IMG/VR virus record: IMGVR_UViG_2778261643_000010
Direction: 5' to 3' (one strand)
Source of the DNA: a virus
Lineage: Duplodnaviria; Heunggongvirae; Uroviricota; Caudoviricetes
DNA length: 24,518 bases
Part shown: positions 20,431-24,518 of the stretch, in pieces
Numbering within the stretch: the stretch's first letter is position 1
Layout: every line of letters begins with the position of its first letter
Notes under the pieces: generated by a model
What the model saw: only the letters and a program-made list of their open reading frames with translations
Told to the model about the DNA's origin: nothing
Database searches by the model: none
Made by a program: the position numbers and the translations under genes

Positions 20431-21474
20431 GTGAAAGCCGTAATTACTCCATTTGTACAGAAAGAGCTTGGCCTCGCCACGTTCAAAGTGGACCAGGAGG
20501 TCAGAAAGCTGGTGGAGGCTGGCCGTAAATTTATTATGGAGCCGGTGCCGCGTGAGTTAATCGAGCACATGGACGACGGCCTCGTTGTTTCCGAGCAAAC
20601 TATGGCAACAAATGAGGCGTTGCAGCCGTTTTTTAACAGCGATGAACTGTTTCGCCGTATTGGTGGAATTGACTCGCTGGTGGCGTGGTTGCGCAGGAAA
20701 GAGGGGCAATGCCAGGCCGCAGATCGTAGTTGGTGTGACAACCATATTGTCCACGCTGAACGAGACAATAGCGCGGTGTTGTTGTGCTGGCATCACGATA
20801 ACCATTACCGGATGCGTGGTTTTAATGAGCTGAAAGAAACGCTGCATAATAATCGCGTTAACTGGATACTGGATGTCGCCCGTCAGGAAATGGGGCTTTC
20901 AGATGGCCATGATTTAAGTATTCAGGAACTGTGCTGGTGGGCTTTCATGCGCAACATGATGCACCTGATGCCGGAAGAAGTCTGCCGCATATCAATAAAT
21001 AAGATGAAGGCTACTCCGCAGGATAGCGGACCTCTGAAAGAGGCGGATATTCGCCCGTATGACGATCGCGCTATAGCATATGTTCAGATGATGGAAGAAC
21101 GCGCCGCGCCGATGCGTGCAAAAGTATGTCCTGTGGATGTTGACTCCGACCCAGGTATGGCGCATTTCAAAATACCAAAACTTCAATCGCTAAAATTACC
21201 TGAGTACATGGACTTTGTTGCTTCCCGTCCATGCTGTGGCTGTGGAGCTGCGGGAGCTGGCGCTCACATTACGCCTTATATCGTTCGTCATAGTCGATTA
21301 TGCGCGCATGACATTTATGCTATTCCTCTGTGCCAGTCATGCCAGCGTGATATTGAGCGTGACCGCGATAATTGGGAGAAAACACACGGTAGGCTGGCGA
21401 TGCATCAACGATTGTTCTTTGATTACGCGCTTGGAGTCGGCGCTATCACAAGTCACTCGTCGAGCGTTAGATAA
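20431..21474 (+). CDS. Cysteine-rich hypothetical protein (347 aa), in the position of the P1 post-doc genes
   Basis: GTG start with AAGGTG ribosome-binding site. Contains [12 protein letters not shown] and CQSCQ motifs. Confidence 0.5.
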   Translation: MKAVITPFVQKELGLATFKVDQEVRKLVEAGRKFIMEPVPRELIEHMDDGLVVSEQTMATNEALQPFFNSDELFRRIGGIDSLVAWLRRKEGQCQAADRSWCDNHIVHAERDNSAVLLCWHHDNHYRMRGFNELKETLHNNRVNWILDVARQEMGLSDGHDLSIQELCWWAFMRNMMHLMPEEVCRISINKMKATPQDSGPLKEADIRPYDDRAIAYVQMMEERAAPMRAKVCPVDVDSDPGMAHFKIPKLQSLKLPEYMDFVASRPCCGCGAAGAGAHITPYIVRHSRLCAHDIYAIPLCQSCQRDIERDRDNWEKTHGRLAMHQRLFFDYALGVGAITSHSSSVR

Positions 21475-21475
21475 A

Positions 21476-21492
21476 ATTGCTCTAATGTATTG
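21476..21492 (+). promoter_or_regulatory. C1 operator-like 17-mer ATTGCTCTAATGTATTG overlapping a candidate promoter (TTGCTA -35, TATTAT -10)
   Basis: Matches the consensus at 14 of 17 positions and sits upstream of the putative lpa. Confidence 0.45.
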
Positions 21493-21562
21493 CTATTTAT
21501 TTAATCGAGGGTATTATATTCCACGTTGATTAGTTGACATGGGCTAATCAGTAGGTGACAGG

Positions 21563-22015
21563 ATGTTACTTAACTGGCAGGGACGCCACTTCATGGAAAT
21601 AAATCACTCACGAATAACATCGTACGAGATTGCGGATTACATGATCCGCACTAAATCTCTTCTATCAGCGAAAGAACTCGCAGCAATTCTTGAAAAGGAA
21701 TACCCGCATCTGGATGTCGATAAGCGCGATGTTTATCTGCGCTTAAAGGCTATCGCTGTGTCTAAGTATTCGTCTGTTTTGATTGATGACAGTACACGCC
21801 CACGTAGATTTCAGATCCACTCTCTGAATCCTGAATTCTTTCGCCGTAGCCGCGCTCCGCGCCGGTTTGATGAAAAACTCCAGAACGAACTCTATATGAC
21901 GCAGGACGAAAAGGAACGCCGGGAGCACCAGCCTTGGGTAATGGCGCGTCAACTTTTCAATAAGGTGGCCCGTCAGCACCGTCATTACGGTAATGCCACA
22001 TCCGCACGTATCTGA
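21563..22015 (+). CDS. lpa: Putative late promoter activator (assigned by synteny only); start may be ATG at 21593
   Basis: A 150-aa ORF between the doc-distal genes and pacA, which is where P1 carries lpa as I recall. No motif-level support. Confidence 0.45.
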   Translation: MLLNWQGRHFMEINHSRITSYEIADYMIRTKSLLSAKELAAILEKEYPHLDVDKRDVYLRLKAIAVSKYSSVLIDDSTRPRRFQIHSLNPEFFRRSRAPRRFDEKLQNELYMTQDEKERREHQPWVMARQLFNKVARQHRHYGNATSARI

Positions 22016-22100
22016 TTGATTGCTTGCCCGTTCCGGGCCTTTTGACATGTGACTTTCGTTACCCTCGCGTCAAAAAGAGTTTTTACGAAAGGAAGCATAA

Positions 22101-23294
22101 GTGACCTGGGACGATCACAAAAAGAATTTTGCTCGCCTGGCGCGAGATGGTGGTTACACCATCGCACAGTATGCCGCCGAGTTTAATCTTAACCCTAATA
22201 CCGCACGTCGTTATCTCCGTGCCTTCAAAGAAGACACCAGGACTGCGGACAGCCGCAAGCCAAATAAGCCAGTCAGGAAGCCACTAAAAAGCATGATCAT
22301 TGATCACTCTAATGATCAACATGCAGGTGATCATATTGCGGCTGAAATAGCGGAAAAACAGAGAGTTAATGCCGTTGTCAGTGCCGCAGTCGAGAATGCG
22401 AAGCGCCAAAATAAGCGCATAAATGATCGTTCAGATGATCATGACGTGATCACCCGCGCCCGCCGGACCTTACGTGATCGCCTGGAACGCGACACCCTGG
22501 ATGATGATGGTGAACGCTTTGAATTCGAAGCTGGCGATTACCTGATAGATAACGTTGAAGCGCGGAAGGCCGCGCGCGCTATGTTGCGTCGGTCCGGGGC
22601 TGATGTTCTGGAAACCACTCTTCTGGAAAAGTCTCTCTCTCATCTCCTTATGCTGGAGAACGCCAGGGATACGTGTATTCGCCTGGTGCAGGAAATTCGC
22701 GATCAGCAAAAAGACGATGATGAAGGAACTCCGCCTGAATACCGTATCGCGAGCATGCTAAACAGCTGTTCCGCGCAGATAAGCAGTCTGATCAACACCA
22801 TTTACAGCATCCGGAATAACTATCGAAAAGAAAGCCGGGAGGCGGAAAAGCACGCTTTATCTATGGGGCAAGCTGGCATTGTTAAGCTGGCATACGAACG
22901 AAAGCGTGAAAATAACTGGTCAGTGCTGGAAGCAGCTGAATTCATCGAGGCGCATGGCGGGAAAGTGCCGCCCCTGATGCTGGAGCAAATCAAAGCCGAT
23001 CTGCGTGCTCCTAAGACCAATACCGATGATGAGGAAAGGCAAACAGCCGTCGGTGGCCCTTCTCTTGAAGATCTGGACAAAGTTGCGCGAGAACGGGCCG
23101 CCAACCGCCGCGCCGATGCCGCATTGTGGATTGAGCAGCGTAGGGAAGAAATCGCCGATATCGTTGATACAGGCGGTTATGGAGATGTTGATACTGAAGG
23201 TGTATCAAACGACCCATGGCTGGAACAAGACCTGGACGAAGACGAGGAGGAAGACGAAGAAGTTACCCGCAAGCTATACGGGGATGATGATTAA
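22101..23294 (+). CDS. pacA: Terminase small subunit / pac-recognition protein PacA
   Basis: GTG start with AGGAAG ribosome-binding site. The N-terminus [38 protein letters not shown] matches what I recall of P1 PacA. The pac hexamer cluster lies inside the gene. Confidence 0.85.
   Translation: MTWDDHKKNFARLARDGGYTIAQYAAEFNLNPNTARRYLRAFKEDTRTADSRKPNKPVRKPLKSMIIDHSNDQHAGDHIAAEIAEKQRVNAVVSAAVENAKRQNKRINDRSDDHDVITRARRTLRDRLERDTLDDDGERFEFEAGDYLIDNVEARKAARAMLRRSGADVLETTLLEKSLSHLLMLENARDTCIRLVQEIRDQQKDDDEGTPPEYRIASMLNSCSAQISSLINTIYSIRNNYRKESREAEKHALSMGQAGIVKLAYERKRENNWSVLEAAEFIEAHGGKVPPLMLEQIKADLRAPKTNTDDEERQTAVGGPSLEDLDKVARERAANRRADAALWIEQRREEIADIVDTGGYGDVDTEGVSNDPWLEQDLDEDEEEDEEVTRKLYGDDD
22294..22452 (+). 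promoter_or_regulatory. pac packaging site: four TGATCA hexamers (22294, 22301, 22313, 22328) and three TGATCA/G (22424, 22436, 22447) flanking the presumed cleavage region
   Basis: Direct reading gives seven Dam GATC sites in a 4+3 arrangement, the architecture described for P1 pac. Confidence 0.8.
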
Positions 23295-24493
23295 TGGCCA
23301 GAAGTTGCGTAACGGATCCACGTTGGCGCGAGCTGGTGGCGCTATATCGTTATGACTGGATTGCTGCCGCTGATGTTTTGTTCGGCAAAACACCTACCTG
23401 GCAGCAGGATCTGATTATTGAGTCTGTGCAGGAACAGGGTAGCAAGACATCTGTTTCGTCTGGTCACGGTACCGGGAAATCAGACATGACTTCTATCATG
23501 ATCATGTTGTTCATAATCATGTATCCCGGTGCCCGCGCCATTATCGTTGCGAACAAAATTCAGCAGGTAATGACCGGTATATTCAAGTACATCAAGATAA
23601 ACTGGGCTACTGCCACCAGCCGTTTTCCATGGCTTGCTGATTATTTTGTTCTGACAGAAACCGCTTTCTATGAGGTTACTGGTAAAGGTGTATGGACTGT
23701 AGTACCGAAGGGCTTTCGTCTGGGAAGTGAAGAAGCTCTCGCCGGTGAACACGCAGATCATCTTCTGTATATTATCGATGAAGCCTCCGGTGTCAGTGAT
23801 AGAGCTTTCGGTATCATCACCGGTGCTCTTACCGGACAGGATAACCGCATCTTATTACTGTCACAGCCTACACGCCCAAGCGGCTATTTCTACGATACTC
23901 ACCATAAACTGGCCAAGCGTCCTGGTAACCCAGATGGCGTTTATACGGCGATCACGCTTAACAGTGAGGAATCACCGCTGGTAACGCCAGAATTTATCAA
24001 AATGAAGCTGGCGGAGTACGGCGGGCGTGATAACCCTATGTACATGATTAAGGTGCGTGGCCTATTCCCTAAATCACAGGACGGCTTCCTTCTTGGACGT
24101 GATGAGGTTGAACGTGCAACGCGGCGGAAAGTTAAGATTGCCAAAGGATGGGGCTGGCTTGCATGTGTGGACGTTGCTGGTGGTACGGGACGGGATAAGT
24201 CAGTTATCAATATCATGATGGTGTCCGGCCAGCGAAATAAACGCCGTGTAATCAACTATCGAATGCTGGAATACACAGACGTTACAGAAACGCAGCTTGC
24301 CGCCAAAATTTTCGCAGAATGTAATCCTGAGCGATTCCCAAATATCACCATAGCGATAGACGGCGATGGCCTGGGTAAAGCAACGGCGGATCTGATGTAC
24401 GAGTATTATGGTATTACCGTACAGCGTATACGCTGGGGTAAAAAGATGCATAGCCCTGATGAATCCCCTAATGATTTTTATCAAAATCATTAA
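23294..24493 (+). pseudogene. pacB: Terminase large subunit PacB, truncated by IS10; native sequence ends at 24455 and the last 12 codons plus stop are IS-derived
   Basis: Walker A GHGTGKS and Walker [10 protein letters not shown] are present. The coding sequence runs into CTGATGAATCCCC at 24456. TAATG overlap with pacA. Confidence 0.8.
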
Positions 24494-24518
24494 GTTAAGG
24501 TAGATACACATCTTGTCA
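24456..24518 (+). mobile_element. IS10 outside-end fragment; terminus at 24456, element body extends rightward out of the window
   Basis: Begins CTGATGAATCCCCTAATGATTTTTATCAAAATCATTAAGTTAAGGTAGATACACATCTTGTCA, which is the IS10 outside end as I recall it. Confidence 0.8.

Noticed and set aside
22016-22100. A late promoter with an Lpa box upstream of pacA
   Set aside because: I could not recall the Lpa-box consensus reliably. The only nearby symmetry, TTGAC-N22-GTCAA, is weak.
22470-23217. ORFs inside pacA on either strand (22470-22709, 22555-22761, 22820-23104, 23011-23217, 23005-23355)
   Set aside because: Shadow ORFs within the well-supported pacA and pacB coding sequence.

Overview
This 24.5-kb window reads as a segment of a P1-like (Punavirus-type) phage-plasmid carrying an accessory Type I restriction-modification island, bracketed at both ends by inverted IS10 outside-end fragments. 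Everything is called from the sequence and from remembered protein families; no database search was run. The P1 assignment rests on four things seen directly: a pacA-like gene with a 4+3 cluster of TGATCA/G hexamers (the P1 pac site architecture), a phd-doc addiction pair, a UmuD'-like humD behind a canonical LexA box, and a holE/theta-like hot gene, plus five 17-mers matching the P1 C1-operator consensus ATTGCTCTAATAAATTT. Left to right: IS10 end (1-59); a leftward block of six genes (12-4487), the last a baseplate-spike-like protein truncated by the IS; a rightward block (4634-8182) with a zinc-ribbon protein, VRR-NUC nuclease, two paralogous GSGPS proteins, a Ser/Thr phosphatase and a putative glycosyltransferase; a 2.1-kb module bounded by operator-like repeats holding a frameshifted coiled-coil gene and a HAD phosphatase; the hsdM-hsdS-hsdR operon (10591-16638, minus strand), which looks EcoR124-family (Type IC) with two 12-bp TAEL repeats and an AT-rich N-terminal target-recognition domain; a ~1.1-kb gene-poor spacer; then hot, a divergent two-gene operon, humD, phd, doc, two post-doc genes, a putative lpa, pacA and a pacB interrupted by IS10 at 24456. 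The most interesting points are the IS10-bounded, packaging-defective architecture and the Type IC island with a probably new specificity. Coordinates for small features were hand-counted and may be off by a base or two.
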